Below, piece after piece: positions 22,117 to 33,109 of a stretch of 57,611 nucleotides of DNA. How positions within the stretch are numbered: position 1 is the stretch's first letter; each line of letters begins with the position of its first letter. The DNA lies in contig JAKSBE010000589.1 in NCBI GenBank assembly GCA_022361275.1, positions 1-57,611 of the forward strand, read 5' to 3'. Both the position numbers and the translations under genes were made by a program. This DNA comes from Kiloniellales bacterium. Lineage in GTDB: Bacteria > Pseudomonadota > Alphaproteobacteria > Kiloniellales > JAKSBE01. The notes beneath the pieces are model-generated. The model made no database searches, had not been told where the DNA came from, and saw nothing but the letters and a program-made list of their open reading frames with translations.

Positions 22117-23727
22117 ATGACCAAGCAGACCGATCCGGTCGCTCGCGGGGAGGCCTCTGATCAGGCCAGGGCCGCTTCGGCGCGCGTGCAGTCCCCACCG
22201 CCCGATTGGGTGCCGCCGAGCACGGTCGTGCCGCCGACGCTGAACGACTTGCGCCGCGCCGCCCGACGCTTCCGCCTGGGCCTGAACGATGCCGATCTCG
22301 ACGACTACGGGGCGCTGATGGAGGGGCTGCTCGCGTCCTACAGGCGACTCGATCTCTACGCCGAGCCGCGGCTGGAGGTGAAGTACCCGCGTGCGCCCGG
22401 CCATCGGCCGACCGCCGAGGAGAACCCGTTGAACGCCTGGTACTGGCGCTGCGCGATCAAGGGCGCGAACACCGGCAGGCTGGCCGGCAAGCGGATCGCC
22501 ATCAAGGACAACGTCTGCGTCGCCGGCGTGCCCATGATGAACGGCGCCAGCATCCTGGAGGGCTTCGTGCCCGATCAGGACGCGACCCTCGTGACCCGCA
22601 TCCTCGACGCCGGCGGCGAGATCCGGGGCAAGGCCGTCTGCGAGCAGTTCTGCTTCTCCGGCTCCAGCCACACCTCCGACAGCGGCTACGTGCTGAACCC
22701 GCACGACCCCAAGCGCTCGGCCGGCGGTTCCTCCTCCGGCAGCGCGGCGCTGGTCGCGGCGGGCGAGGTCGACATGGCGATCGGCGGCGATCAAGGCGGC
22801 TCGATCCGCATACCGAGCTCCTTCAGCGGGACCTACGGTCTCAAGCCGACCTACGGCCTGGTGCCCTATACCGGGGTCTTTCCGATCGAGCTGACGCTCG
22901 ACCATACCGGACCGATCGCGGGCTCGACGGAGGACTGCGCGCTGCTGCTCGAGGCCATCGCCGGTCCCGACGGACTGGACCCACGGCAATGGGGCGGCTG
23001 GCAAGGCCAAGCCTACAGCGAGGCGCTGACCGGTGACGCCAAGGGCCTCAAGGTCGGGATCCTGAAGGAAGGCTTCGGCTGGCCGGAGGTCTCCGAGCCG
23101 GACGTCGACCGTCTGGTGCGCGAGAGCGCCTTGCGGCTTCAAGACGCCGGTGCCGAGGTCCAGGAGATATCGATCCCCATGCACCGCGACGGAATCCACG
23201 TCTGGAACGCGATCGCCGTCGAGGGCGCCCACAGGCTGATGTTCGACGGCAACAGCATGGGCACCAACTGGGCGGGGCACTATACGACGCAGTTGCTCGA
23301 CTTCTACGGCCGGAGCCGGCAGGCCCGGGGCAAGGACTTCTCCGAGACCTGCAAGCTGGTGATGCTGCTCGGCGAATACATGCAGCGGGACTATCACGGG
23401 CGCTACTACGCCAAGGCGCAGAACCTGGGCCGGGTGCTGAGGAACGCCTACACGGCGGCGCTGGACGAGGTCGACCTGCTGGTGATGCCGACGACCCCGC
23501 AGAAGGCCACCCTGCTGCCGCCGGCCGGCGCGGGCCGCGCGGAGATCATCGGCCACGCGCTCAACATGATCCACAACACCTGCCCCTTCGACGTCACCGG
23601 GCACCCGGCCATGAGCCTGCCCTGCGCCGTCTCGGACGGCCTGCCGGTCGGCATGATGCTGGTCGGGCGCCACGGCGAGGACGCCACGGTGCTGCGCGCG
23701 GCCCACGCCTACGAGCAGTTGGGGTGA
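22117..23727 (+). CDS. Amidase-signature family enzyme
   Basis: IAIKDN, GGSSSGS, GGDQGGSIRIPS (Ser-cisSer-Lys triad motifs). Confidence 0.9.
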   Translation: MTKQTDPVARGEASDQARAASARVQSPPPDWVPPSTVVPPTLNDLRRAARRFRLGLNDADLDDYGALMEGLLASYRRLDLYAEPRLEVKYPRAPGHRPTAEENPLNAWYWRCAIKGANTGRLAGKRIAIKDNVCVAGVPMMNGASILEGFVPDQDATLVTRILDAGGEIRGKAVCEQFCFSGSSHTSDSGYVLNPHDPKRSAGGSSSGSAALVAAGEVDMAIGGDQGGSIRIPSSFSGTYGLKPTYGLVPYTGVFPIELTLDHTGPIAGSTEDCALLLEAIAGPDGLDPRQWGGWQGQAYSEALTGDAKGLKVGILKEGFGWPEVSEPDVDRLVRESALRLQDAGAEVQEISIPMHRDGIHVWNAIAVEGAHRLMFDGNSMGTNWAGHYTTQLLDFYGRSRQARGKDFSETCKLVMLLGEYMQRDYHGRYYAKAQNLGRVLRNAYTAALDEVDLLVMPTTPQKATLLPPAGAGRAEIIGHALNMIHNTCPFDVTGHPAMSLPCAVSDGLPVGMMLVGRHGEDATVLRAAHAYEQLG

Positions 23728-23832
23728 GAGCCCCGAGACGGCATCGGAGCCGGAGCCGAGGATTGCGTTGCGCCGCCAAGACTGAAAGGATAACGCAGAT
23801 CAAGAATCCCTGAAGGTACGGAGGGGGAGGCA

Positions 23833-24942
<1,110 letters not shown>

Positions 24943-25005
24943 TACTCACCGCGCAACGAGGCCCGGCCCCGCACCGCCGGGGCCGCGGCCGATCCGGAAG
25001 CCGAC

Positions 25006-25851
25006 ATGAGCGAGATCACGACCGTCAGCGAGAACCGTTGCCACGGCGGCGTCCAGGGGGTCTACCGTCACGAGTCCCGGGTCTGCAACGGCAGCATGCG
25101 CTTCGCCGTCTACCAGCCGCCCAAGGCGCTGGCCGGCGAGGCGGTGCCGGTGCTGACCTACCTCTCGGGCCTGACCTGCACCGAGGAGAACTTCATCACC
25201 AAGGCCGCTGCACAGCGCCTGGCCGGCGAGCTCGGCCTCATGGTGGTGGCCCCGGACACCTCGCCGCGCGGCCAGAACCTGCCGGGCGAGGACGAGGCCT
25301 ACGACTTCGGCAGCGGCGCCGGCTTCTATCTCGACGCGACCGAGGCGCCCTGGAACGCCGCCTACCGCATGTACAGCTACATCACCGAGGAGCTGCCGGC
25401 CGCCCTCGCCGCCGGCTTCCCCCGGGCCGACCTCGGCCGCCAGGGCATCACCGGCCATTCCATGGGCGGCCACGGGGCGCTCACCATCGCGCTCAAGAAC
25501 CCGGAGACCTATCGCTCGGTCTCCGCTTTCTCGCCGATCGTCGCGCCCATGCAGGTGCCCTGGGGGGAGAAGGCGCTGAACGGCTACCTGGGCGAGGATC
25601 GCGCCGCCTGGGCCGATTACGACAGCGTCGAGCTGATCAAGAGCGGCCGCAGGACCGGCAAGATCCTGGTCGACCAGGGCGAGGCCGACAACTTCCTCGA
25701 AGAACAGCTCCGCCCCTGGCTGCTGGAGGCCGCCTGCAAAGAGGCGGGCCAGGAGCTGGAGCTGCGCCTGCAGCCCGGCTACGACCACTCCTACTACTTC
25801 GTCCAGAGCTTCATCGACGATCACCTGCGGCATCACGCGGCGCTGCTTTAG
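25006..25851 (+). CDS. fghA: S-formylglutathione hydrolase
   Basis: LSGLTCTEENF, YDFGSGAGFY, GHSMGGHG, GYDHSYYF. Confidence 0.95.
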   Translation: MSEITTVSENRCHGGVQGVYRHESRVCNGSMRFAVYQPPKALAGEAVPVLTYLSGLTCTEENFITKAAAQRLAGELGLMVVAPDTSPRGQNLPGEDEAYDFGSGAGFYLDATEAPWNAAYRMYSYITEELPAALAAGFPRADLGRQGITGHSMGGHGALTIALKNPETYRSVSAFSPIVAPMQVPWGEKALNGYLGEDRAAWADYDSVELIKSGRRTGKILVDQGEADNFLEEQLRPWLLEAACKEAGQELELRLQPGYDHSYYFVQSFIDDHLRHHAALL

Positions 25852-25877
25852 GTCCGTTTTCGGCTATACTGGGCGGC

Positions 25878-26780
25878 ATGGACGGAGCCGCTCTGACCGC
25901 ATCGGAACATGCCGGCCTCAAGGCGCTGTCGCGCCGCTCGGACGTACGTGGCCTCTTGCGGTTCGGCGAGCACCTCCTCCTGCTGGCCGGAACCACGACC
26001 CTCGTGTTGCTGGCCGAGGGCGGGCCTTGGCTGGTCCCTGCGCTGCTGCTCCAGGGGACCGCGATCGTGTTCCTCTTCTGCGCCGCGCACGAGGCCATCC
26101 ACCGCACGGCCTTCCGGACCCGGGCGCTGAACGATGCGGTGGCCTGGATCTGCGGCCTCGCGATCCTGCTCCCGCCGGCCCACTTCAGGGCCTTTCACCT
26201 GGCGCACCATCGCTACACCCAGGATCCGGCGAGGGATCCGGAGCTGACCGAGCCCAAGCCGCGCAGCCTGGGCGCCTACCTCCGGCACCTGAGCGGCCTC
26301 GCCTACTGGCGCGGCCAGATCGCGGCCCTGCTGCGTCACGCCAGCGGCCGGGTGGAGGAGACTTACGTCCGCCGGCAGGACAGGGGCAAGGTGGTGCGGG
26401 AGGCGCGCCTCTTCCTGGCGGTCTACGCGGGCGTCGCCGGGCTTTCGCTCTGGGCCAGCAGCGCCTTGGCCATGCTGGTCTGGGTTGTGCCGGTCCTGCT
26501 CGGCCAGCCGGTTCTGCGGGCTTTCCTCCTGGCGGAGCACCATGGCTGTCCGGAGAACGGCGACATGATGCTCAACTCACGAACGACCCGGAGCAACGCG
26601 GTCCTGCGTTGGCTGGCCTGGAACATGCCCTTTCACGGCGCCCACCACGCCTATCCGGCCCTGCCCTTCTTCGCCCTGCCCGCCGCCCAGAAGATCCTCT
26701 CGAACCGGGCCCGGACCCAGGCCTCGGGCTATCTGGCCTTCCACCGGGACGTGGTCGCCGGCTATCTCGGCGGGCGCTGA
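25878..26780 (+). CDS. Fatty acid desaturase-family di-iron membrane enzyme (MocD-like)
   Basis: His boxes HEAIH, HLAHH, AEH and WNMPFHGAHH; real start ATG 25878 lies inside the long 24105 ORF. Confidence 0.83.
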   Translation: MDGAALTASEHAGLKALSRRSDVRGLLRFGEHLLLLAGTTTLVLLAEGGPWLVPALLLQGTAIVFLFCAAHEAIHRTAFRTRALNDAVAWICGLAILLPPAHFRAFHLAHHRYTQDPARDPELTEPKPRSLGAYLRHLSGLAYWRGQIAALLRHASGRVEETYVRRQDRGKVVREARLFLAVYAGVAGLSLWASSALAMLVWVVPVLLGQPVLRAFLLAEHHGCPENGDMMLNSRTTRSNAVLRWLAWNMPFHGAHHAYPALPFFALPAAQKILSNRARTQASGYLAFHRDVVAGYLGGR

Positions 26781-26807
26781 GCCGCGCCGGGAACGGAGCC
26801 CTCGGCC

Positions 26808-27305
26808 TCAGGCGCGGACGCGCTCGGCCTCTTCGACCAGGATATCGTCGATCGCCTGGAACTGGATGTCGCCGGAGATCCGCCCGCCCTCGTGGATCAT
26901 GAGCTGGTTGTAGCGGACCCGGCCGGTCACGCGTCCGGTCTCGGTGATCTCCAAACGGCCCCGGACCACGACGTTGCCCGTCAAGGTCCCGGAGATGATC
27001 GCCGTGTTGACCACGACCTCGCCGTTGAAAAGCCCGCCGGTCACGACGTCGATCTCGTCCGCCTGCAGCGTGGCCTCGACCTTGCCCTCGACGATCAGGC
27101 GGTCGCAGCTCTGGATCCGGCCCTTGACCGAGATCCCGGCACCGACCATCAGCAGGCGATCGTTGTGGGCCCGCGCGGCCCGTTCGGCCTGCTCCAGGGG
27201 CAGCGCCGGCAGTTCCGGTGGCCCTCCGGCAGGCGCCGAAGCCTCCGCCCCGCGGTCGGTCTGCCGCGCTGCCCGGTCGGAGGTCTCGCCTTGCTTTGGT
27301 CCCAT
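26808..27305 (-). CDS. Bactofilin (polymer-forming cytoskeletal protein)
   Basis: LMVGAGISVKGRI..CDRLIVEGKVE...LEITETGRVTGRVRYNQLMIHEGGRISGDI beta-helix pattern. Confidence 0.85.
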   Translation of the reverse strand: MGPKQGETSDRAARQTDRGAEASAPAGGPPELPALPLEQAERAARAHNDRLLMVGAGISVKGRIQSCDRLIVEGKVEATLQADEIDVVTGGLFNGEVVVNTAIISGTLTGNVVVRGRLEITETGRVTGRVRYNQLMIHEGGRISGDIQFQAIDDILVEEAERVRA

Positions 27306-27583
27306 CTTGAAAAGCCCGTCTTCGGTCTTGGTCGTGTTTGAGAATTTACTTTAAGCCGGCATGCAAGCCGGCCGCAATGCCTCAGTTTCACTGGCCCTAA
27401 ATCTTCACTTTGGTCGGACAGCGGGTGGATGGGGGCCGCGCGCCGCCAGCGCAGAATGAAACACCTAATGCTAGAGGAGCTTAGGCGCCGAATTCAGGGA
27501 AAAGCTGTGTCATTGCTGTGCGGCGGCGCCCGCAGACCTGGTCCGCTGCGCTCCAAAGGCCCCCGCGCCCCCGGCCGCCAGGA

Positions 27584-27598
27584 TTAAGCACGCATTCA
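27584..27598. promoter_or_regulatory. CtrA-like site TTAA-N7-TTCA in the divergent bactofilin promoter region
   Basis: ttaa-gcacgca-ttca, one mismatch to TTAA-N7-TTAA. Confidence 0.4.
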
Positions 27599-27729
27599 CC
27601 CTTCGGCCTTACACCTGCAACCATGGCAGTTGGATATGACTGCCAGGGGCCCCGCCCCGTACGGCGCCGTCCGTGGCGGTCCGCCTTGCCCCGGGCGGCC
27701 GAGACGCCCCGGCGGGCGCGGGAGATGTG

Positions 27730-28926
27730 ATGCAGGTCCTGGCGTTTCTCTCAAAGCACAGGGGTGTGGGCACCTCGACCCTGGCTTGTCACGTCGCGGT
27801 CCAGGCCCAGTTGACCGGCCATGGGCCTGTTACCCTGACCGGGCTCCGGCACGACCCGATCCTGTCGAACTGGGCCGGCCTGCGGCAGGGCCGGCACCCG
27901 CTCTACGAAGAGACCAATCTGGCCGACTTGGGATCGGTCCTGGAGAAGCAGACCCGCGCCGGGGTCCGGCTTTCGGTCGTCGACTGCGCCTTCGAGGACG
28001 AGGACACGCTGTTCGGCATGGCCGGTGCCGCCGACCTGGTGGTCCTCCCCACCCATGCCGAGACCAGCGCCCTGGAGCAGGCCAGCGGCGGCGCCGCGCT
28101 CGCCGAGCAGCAGCGCAGGCCCTTCATCTTCGTGATCAACGCGGCCGAAGCGGATGCCGACGCGATCGGCGACGCGGCGATGTACCTGGCCCAGCACGGC
28201 ACCGTCTCGCCGGTGATCATGCCGTGCAACGACGACCTCGGCACCAGCATCCGCATGGGCCAGACCATCGTCGAGCTGAACCGGAGCTCGCCGGCCTCCT
28301 CGGAGGTCGCGCGCCTCTGGGACTACCTGCTCTCGCGGCTCGACCGGGTGCCCAGGCAGGCGACGCATTCCTTCCGTGCCTCTTTGCCGAACCTGCCGGT
28401 GGCCGCAGAGCCGGAGCGCCAGGCCTTCTTGCCGGTCCGCGTGCTGCACGGCGCCCTCGCAGCCGGCGCCAGGAGCGTCGGCCGCCTGCCCTTGCCGATC
28501 GAGAGCGGCAAGAGCCTCTGGCGAGACGTCACCACCACGCCCGGCGCCCGCGCCCTCACGCGGACCTTGAAGGCCCAGAGGCCCTCGGTCATCGGCCCCA
28601 GGGCCGAGGTCACCGGCAATCTCGAAAGCACCGGCGACATCCACTTCCACGCGCATTACGAGGGCGAGATCCGGGCCCGCACCCTGCGGGTCTGCCGCGA
28701 GGCTTCGATCCGCGGTCTGATCATCGCCGACGCGGTCACCGTCGAGGGCGCGGTGCGCGGCCGGATCCGGGCGGCCAAGGTGATCCTGGCCAGGGGTGCC
28801 AGCGTTTCCGGCGAGGTGCTTTACGAAAAGCTCGTCGTCCGCAAGGGCGCGATCCTGGACGGCCACTGCCGCCGGGTCGAGCCCGTGCCGGCGCTGGCCC
28901 AGATCAAGGCTCTGGAAAGCGCCTAA
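27730..28926 (+). CDS. Degenerate ParA-like domain fused to a C-terminal bactofilin domain
   Basis: N-terminus VLAFLSKHRGVGTSTLACHVAV..VVD..ADLVVLP..FVIN..GQTIVE..EVARLW follows the ParA layout; C-terminus PSVIG..VTGNL...VSGEVLYEKLVVRKGAILDGHC is bactofilin-like. Confidence 0.75.
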   Translation: MQVLAFLSKHRGVGTSTLACHVAVQAQLTGHGPVTLTGLRHDPILSNWAGLRQGRHPLYEETNLADLGSVLEKQTRAGVRLSVVDCAFEDEDTLFGMAGAADLVVLPTHAETSALEQASGGAALAEQQRRPFIFVINAAEADADAIGDAAMYLAQHGTVSPVIMPCNDDLGTSIRMGQTIVELNRSSPASSEVARLWDYLLSRLDRVPRQATHSFRASLPNLPVAAEPERQAFLPVRVLHGALAAGARSVGRLPLPIESGKSLWRDVTTTPGARALTRTLKAQRPSVIGPRAEVTGNLESTGDIHFHAHYEGEIRARTLRVCREASIRGLIIADAVTVEGAVRGRIRAAKVILARGASVSGEVLYEKLVVRKGAILDGHCRRVEPVPALAQIKALESA

Positions 28927-28958
28927 TACCAAGGAAAGCGGCGCGAGGCCGGGGTCGA

Positions 28959-30488
28959 TCAGCTCGGCAGCGGCAGGGCGATGGAGATGGCGAGCCCGCC
29001 CTCGGGGCGGTTCTCGGCCCGTACGTTGCCGCCGACCGCCTCGATGTTCCGCCGCACCAGCCAAAGGCCGATGCCGAAGTTCTCGCCCTCGCCGATGTGC
29101 TCGCCGGTGTCCTTGGCCGTCCGGAAGGAGAAGTAGCGTTCGAAGATGCGGTCGAGATCGTTGGGATCGACGCCCGGCCCGCGGTCGGCCACGATCAGGG
29201 TCACCATCTTGCGCTGCCGCGCCAGGCCGATGGTCAGCTCGCCGGCCATCGGGGAGAAGTCGATGGCGTTGTCCAGCAGGTTCTCCATCACCGTCTCGAG
29301 CAGGTCCGAGCCGACCATGACGTCGATGCCCGGCTCGATCAGACGGACCACGCGCAGGTGCTTGGCATCGAAGGACTCGGCGTAGGCGTCCAGCATCGCC
29401 TCGACCAGGGTCGAGAGCTCGGTGCGCTCCCGCGGCGGGTCGATCAGCTCGGCGTTGATCTCGTCCATCTGGCGCGCCGCCGAGACCAGGGCGTCGAGCC
29501 GACCGATCGCCCGCTCGATCAGCTCGATCGCGCGCACGGTCCGCTTGTCGTCGCCGTTGATCGAGCGGCGCAGCGGCTCCAGCGACTGCGAGATGATCGC
29601 GATCGGAGTCTTGAAGGCGTGGGCGTTCTCCTCGGCCGCGCGCCGGATCGACAAGGCCGAGGCGTCGAGAGACTCGACCATGCTGTCGAATTCCTGGGCG
29701 ACGGCCGAGAGTTCGGGCAGGCTGTTGAGCGCCGCGAAGGAACGGTCGCCCGGTCCGCCGGTCCGGATGTCCCGGGCCAGGCGGCCGAAGCGCACCAGGC
29801 TGCGCCAGATACCGAGGAAGAGCGACAGCACGATCAGGGCCATCAGGATGTAGATCGCCGCCGCGACCCGGACCTGCGGGGTCTGCCAATAGGGCAGATC
29901 GAGGCTCGCCCCGAGCCATTCGTCGCTGGCGTGGGAGGTGATGACCGCCCAGCAGCCGGCTTCGGTGTTGACCGGAATGATCGAGGTCAGGATCTCCACC
30001 TGACCGGCGGGGTTGACGTACTGCCTGGCGAGGGTCTGGTTGCCCTCGCAGGAATGCTGAAGCGCCCTCAGGATGCCGGTCTCCACCAGCTCGATCCGCT
30101 CCCGGTCCAGGTACTCGTTGGGAACCACGGGCTGCGACGCGACGTAATAGAATCCGGCCGGCTCCGGCTGGCCGGCTGGCCGCAACAGCACTTTGATCTT
30201 GAGGATTTCCCCCGCGCCGAGCCTTACCAGCACCTCGCTGAGCACCCGAACCGAGCTGCCGTCGAAGGACTGCAGCATCGGCTCGAGGCTGCGGGCGATG
30301 AGGCGCCCCTGTGTCTCGAGGCTGTCAAGGAGGATTTCGGTCCGTTGCTTGTCGCCTTCTCGGAACTGGGCATAGAGAATAATCGGAACAGAAAAGAAGA
30401 TCGTGACGAGGAGGGCCAACTTGGTCGCAAAGGATCCCCAAAGGAATCTGGCCCTCTCCGCAGTGTCACGTCGTCTTAGACTTATCAT
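28959..30488 (-). CDS. Membrane sensor histidine kinase (ChvG-like kinase core)
   Basis: Two TMs, HAMP-like linker, ENAHAFKTPI, NLLDNAIDFSP, DRGPG, NFGIGL; start uncertain (30488 or 30506). Confidence 0.88.
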   Translation of the reverse strand: MISLRRRDTAERARFLWGSFATKLALLVTIFFSVPIILYAQFREGDKQRTEILLDSLETQGRLIARSLEPMLQSFDGSSVRVLSEVLVRLGAGEILKIKVLLRPAGQPEPAGFYYVASQPVVPNEYLDRERIELVETGILRALQHSCEGNQTLARQYVNPAGQVEILTSIIPVNTEAGCWAVITSHASDEWLGASLDLPYWQTPQVRVAAAIYILMALIVLSLFLGIWRSLVRFGRLARDIRTGGPGDRSFAALNSLPELSAVAQEFDSMVESLDASALSIRRAAEENAHAFKTPIAIISQSLEPLRRSINGDDKRTVRAIELIERAIGRLDALVSAARQMDEINAELIDPPRERTELSTLVEAMLDAYAESFDAKHLRVVRLIEPGIDVMVGSDLLETVMENLLDNAIDFSPMAGELTIGLARQRKMVTLIVADRGPGVDPNDLDRIFERYFSFRTAKDTGEHIGEGENFGIGLWLVRRNIEAVGGNVRAENRPEGGLAISIALPLPS

Positions 30489-31233
30489 CCCGCCAGCGGT
30501 AGCCATAGCCCGGATAGTTTTCTATCTCTTCGAAGGCCGGATCAAGGTCGCGGAACTTCTGGCGAATGCGCTTGATGAAGGTGCGTACGTTGGCACGGTA
30601 TCCCTCTTTGCCGGCGCCCGCGACGAAGCCCTTGCCGTGAATGAGGTCATAGAGCTCTCGATAGCGGACGTCCCGGCCAGCGTTGGTGGCCATATACTCG
30701 ACGATCTTGAACTCGTTCAGGGTCAAGTCGACCTGACGGCCTTCCCAATAGGCACGGCTTGTGTCCGGCAGGAGCTCGAGCTTGCTGAGACGCACGCTGC
30801 CGTGCTGGTCGGCAAGGTCGCCGCCGCCCCCCGCCCCCCGGCGGGTGCCCAGGGTGATCAGCTCGATCCGCTTCAGCAGGATGGAGAAGCTGCGCGACTT
30901 CTCGACGAAGTCGACGGCACCGTGCAGCAGAGCGGACTCCTCGTAGATCTGGTCGCTCAAGACGGTCAGGAAGATGACCGGGACGTCGTTGTGGCGTTCG
31001 CGCAGCATGCGCAGAACCTCGATGCCGTTGAGCTCGGGCATCTTCCAATCGAGCAGGACCAGGTCGGCAGCGCCACCGTTGTCGAAGTACTCGACCGCGG
31101 AAACGCCATCGCCGAAATCGATCACCGAGAAGCCGGCGTCCGAAAGATTTCGCCCCAGCGATTCTCGGAACAGCGCATCATCGTCAACGACCACTACCAG
31201 GGCCGGGTCCGTCGCCAAGGCCACACTAGCCAT
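30466..31233 (-). CDS. OmpR-family response regulator (ChvI-like)
   Basis: VVDDD, LLDWKMP, IFLT, FVEKS; winged helix IKRIRQKFRDLDPAFEEIENYPGYGYRW. Confidence 0.9.
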   Translation of the reverse strand: MASVALATDPALVVVVDDDALFRESLGRNLSDAGFSVIDFGDGVSAVEYFDNGGAADLVLLDWKMPELNGIEVLRMLRERHNDVPVIFLTVLSDQIYEESALLHGAVDFVEKSRSFSILLKRIELITLGTRRGAGGGGDLADQHGSVRLSKLELLPDTSRAYWEGRQVDLTLNEFKIVEYMATNAGRDVRYRELYDLIHGKGFVAGAGKEGYRANVRTFIKRIRQKFRDLDPAFEEIENYPGYGYRWRDDKSKTT

Positions 31234-31789
31234 GATCACCCTCCGGAGTCAGCAAACGCGTCAGACAGGCTTGCCTTGCCGCCTCAGATGGCTCACCCGC
31301 TTCGAGTTCATAGGTTAAAGAACGCAGGTTGTCACTTTCTAGATCGAGGTAAAAGTAAATCTCCAGCCGGCAGCCGTCCCGCTGGTAAGCCCAGACCTGA
31401 GCCGGCGGATCGTCGCGGATGTCTTCGGGCACTCCCAAAAGGCCCATGGCGTCTACCGGCTCTATGCCAATCAGGTTATCTTCTGTCAACTTCACCGCCT
31501 CGTAGGTCCGCAGAGCTTCCAGCCCCTCGTGGTCTGCCTTGCTCGGAAGCAAGGAGATTCCGACCAGGGGTTTGCGCGGGGGCGGACCCGGTGGCGGTGG
31601 CAGAACGACCAGGAGATCCTCTTCCAGGTTCGGCTGGGCAGCGCTGTCCGCGGGCTCGGACCCGGCATCGGCGATATCGGGCGCGGCGAGACTCGCGTCC
31701 GCATCGGCCGACTCGGCATCGACTCCAAGCAGTTCACAGCCTGGGAGCGCCAGCATCAAGGCTCCCAACATGAACGCCTTGGCCTTCAT
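31226..31789 (-). CDS. Hypothetical lipoprotein
   Basis: Lipobox LPGC, acidic/Pro-rich linker, C-terminal LLGVP..R...PAQVWAY...C domain; overlaps the regulator start. Confidence 0.72.
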   Translation of the reverse strand: MKAKAFMLGALMLALPGCELLGVDAESADADASLAAPDIADAGSEPADSAAQPNLEEDLLVVLPPPPGPPPRKPLVGISLLPSKADHEGLEALRTYEAVKLTEDNLIGIEPVDAMGLLGVPEDIRDDPPAQVWAYQRDGCRLEIYFYLDLESDNLRSLTYELEAGEPSEAARQACLTRLLTPEGDHG

Positions 31790-32197
31790 TTTACTGCCCG
31801 CCGGAAGAAAAGCCCTGCAAATCTGGTCAGCTTACCTAGCTCCTGGGGGTCTTCAGCCCGATTGCCGTAGGTTCTGCGAAGAAATTATTCATATTTCCGC
31901 CTTTAACGCCATCGCTGAACAGCGCCTACCCGTTCCTGGTGCCACCCTCGGTGCGAGCAGAGATTCTTTGCAGGATTTCAGATGGGTGGCCATCCAACCG
32001 TCGCTTTGTGTCGAAAATTCGGCAAGCCCGGACGTACGCTGATCACAGCTTGTATACCTCGTAGTCTCGACGGATGTTATCCTCGCCGAAGATAGCGGAG
32101 AGCGTCCGATTCTGCCAGATTGCAGTACAAGACAGGTCGGGTTGAGAGAGAGGATGAAGGAATTCCACCCCAGCGACTGTGAAATAGATCACTGCGG

Positions 32198-32971
32198 ATG
32201 ACCGCCAGCGATCGAGCCACGCTCTACGTCGTCTGCACGCCGATCGGCAACCTGGCGGACATTTCGCAGCGGGCGCTGGAGGTCCTGGGGCGCGTCGAGG
32301 CCCTGGCCTGCGAGGACACCCGGCACAGCCGGCGGATCCTGGATCACCACGGCCTGGCCCGGCCGCCCGTCGTCCTGTCCTGCCACGAGCACAACGAGGC
32401 GGCTGCCGCCCAGCGGATCCTCGGGCTGCTTCGCGACGGCCGCTCCGTCGCGCTGATCAGCGATGCCGGCGCCCCCGGCATCAACGACCCCGGCTACCGG
32501 GTGATCACCGCGGCGGTCGAGGCCGGACTGCCGGTGCAGGTGATCCCGGGCCCGAGCGCCGTGATCACCGCGCTCCTCTGCTCCGGCCTGCCGACCGCCG
32601 GCTTCGCCTTCAAGGGCTTCCCGCCCCGCAAGTCGGCGCAGCGGCGCAGCCTCCTCTCGGCCGAGGCCGAAAGGGCGGAGACCCTGATCTTCTTCGAATC
32701 GCCGCATCGCCTGGCCGCGCTGCTGGCAGATGCCGCCGCCGTGCTGGGGGACCGGCCCGCGGCGGTCTGCCTCGAGCTGACCAAGCTGCACGAGCGGGTC
32801 GAGCGCGGCGGCCTCGCGGAGCTCGCCGCGGGCTTCGAGGGGCGGAGAATCAAAGGCGAGGCCACGGTGGTGATCGCCGGGCAGAGCCGGAAGGAAGCCC
32901 AGGAAAAGAAGCGCGCCCGCGCCCGCGAGGACCGAAAGGCGCGACAGAAGGACCGGCAGGATCGCTCTTAG
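32198..32971 (+). CDS. rsmI: 16S rRNA C1402 2'-O-methyltransferase
   Basis: LYVVCTPIGNLADIS, ACEDTR, ISDAGAPGINDPG, FESPHRL, ELTKLHE. Confidence 0.93.
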   Translation: MTASDRATLYVVCTPIGNLADISQRALEVLGRVEALACEDTRHSRRILDHHGLARPPVVLSCHEHNEAAAAQRILGLLRDGRSVALISDAGAPGINDPGYRVITAAVEAGLPVQVIPGPSAVITALLCSGLPTAGFAFKGFPPRKSAQRRSLLSAEAERAETLIFFESPHRLAALLADAAAVLGDRPAAVCLELTKLHERVERGGLAELAAGFEGRRIKGEATVVIAGQSRKEAQEKKRARAREDRKARQKDRQDRS

Positions 32972-33109
32972 TATGATGATAGTATGATGATTTCGAAGTT
33001 CGGCGCACTCATCTGCCGGATTTCGAAAGCTGAAGCACACTGGATTCAAAGATGTCGCGCACCGGCGTTAAGCTTAACCGCTTCTCAAGAAAATGTACCT
33101 AGCTTCGGT

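Noticed and set aside
31790-32197. RNA gene (such as RNase P RNA or tRNA) in the gap before rsmI
   Set aside because: No recognisable conserved RNA motifs; a covariance-model scan would be needed to exclude it
32969-32990. 11-bp tandem repeat tagtatgatga x2 as a regulator site or CRISPR remnant
   Set aside because: Only two units, overlapping the rsmI stop, no spacers; more simply a local duplication
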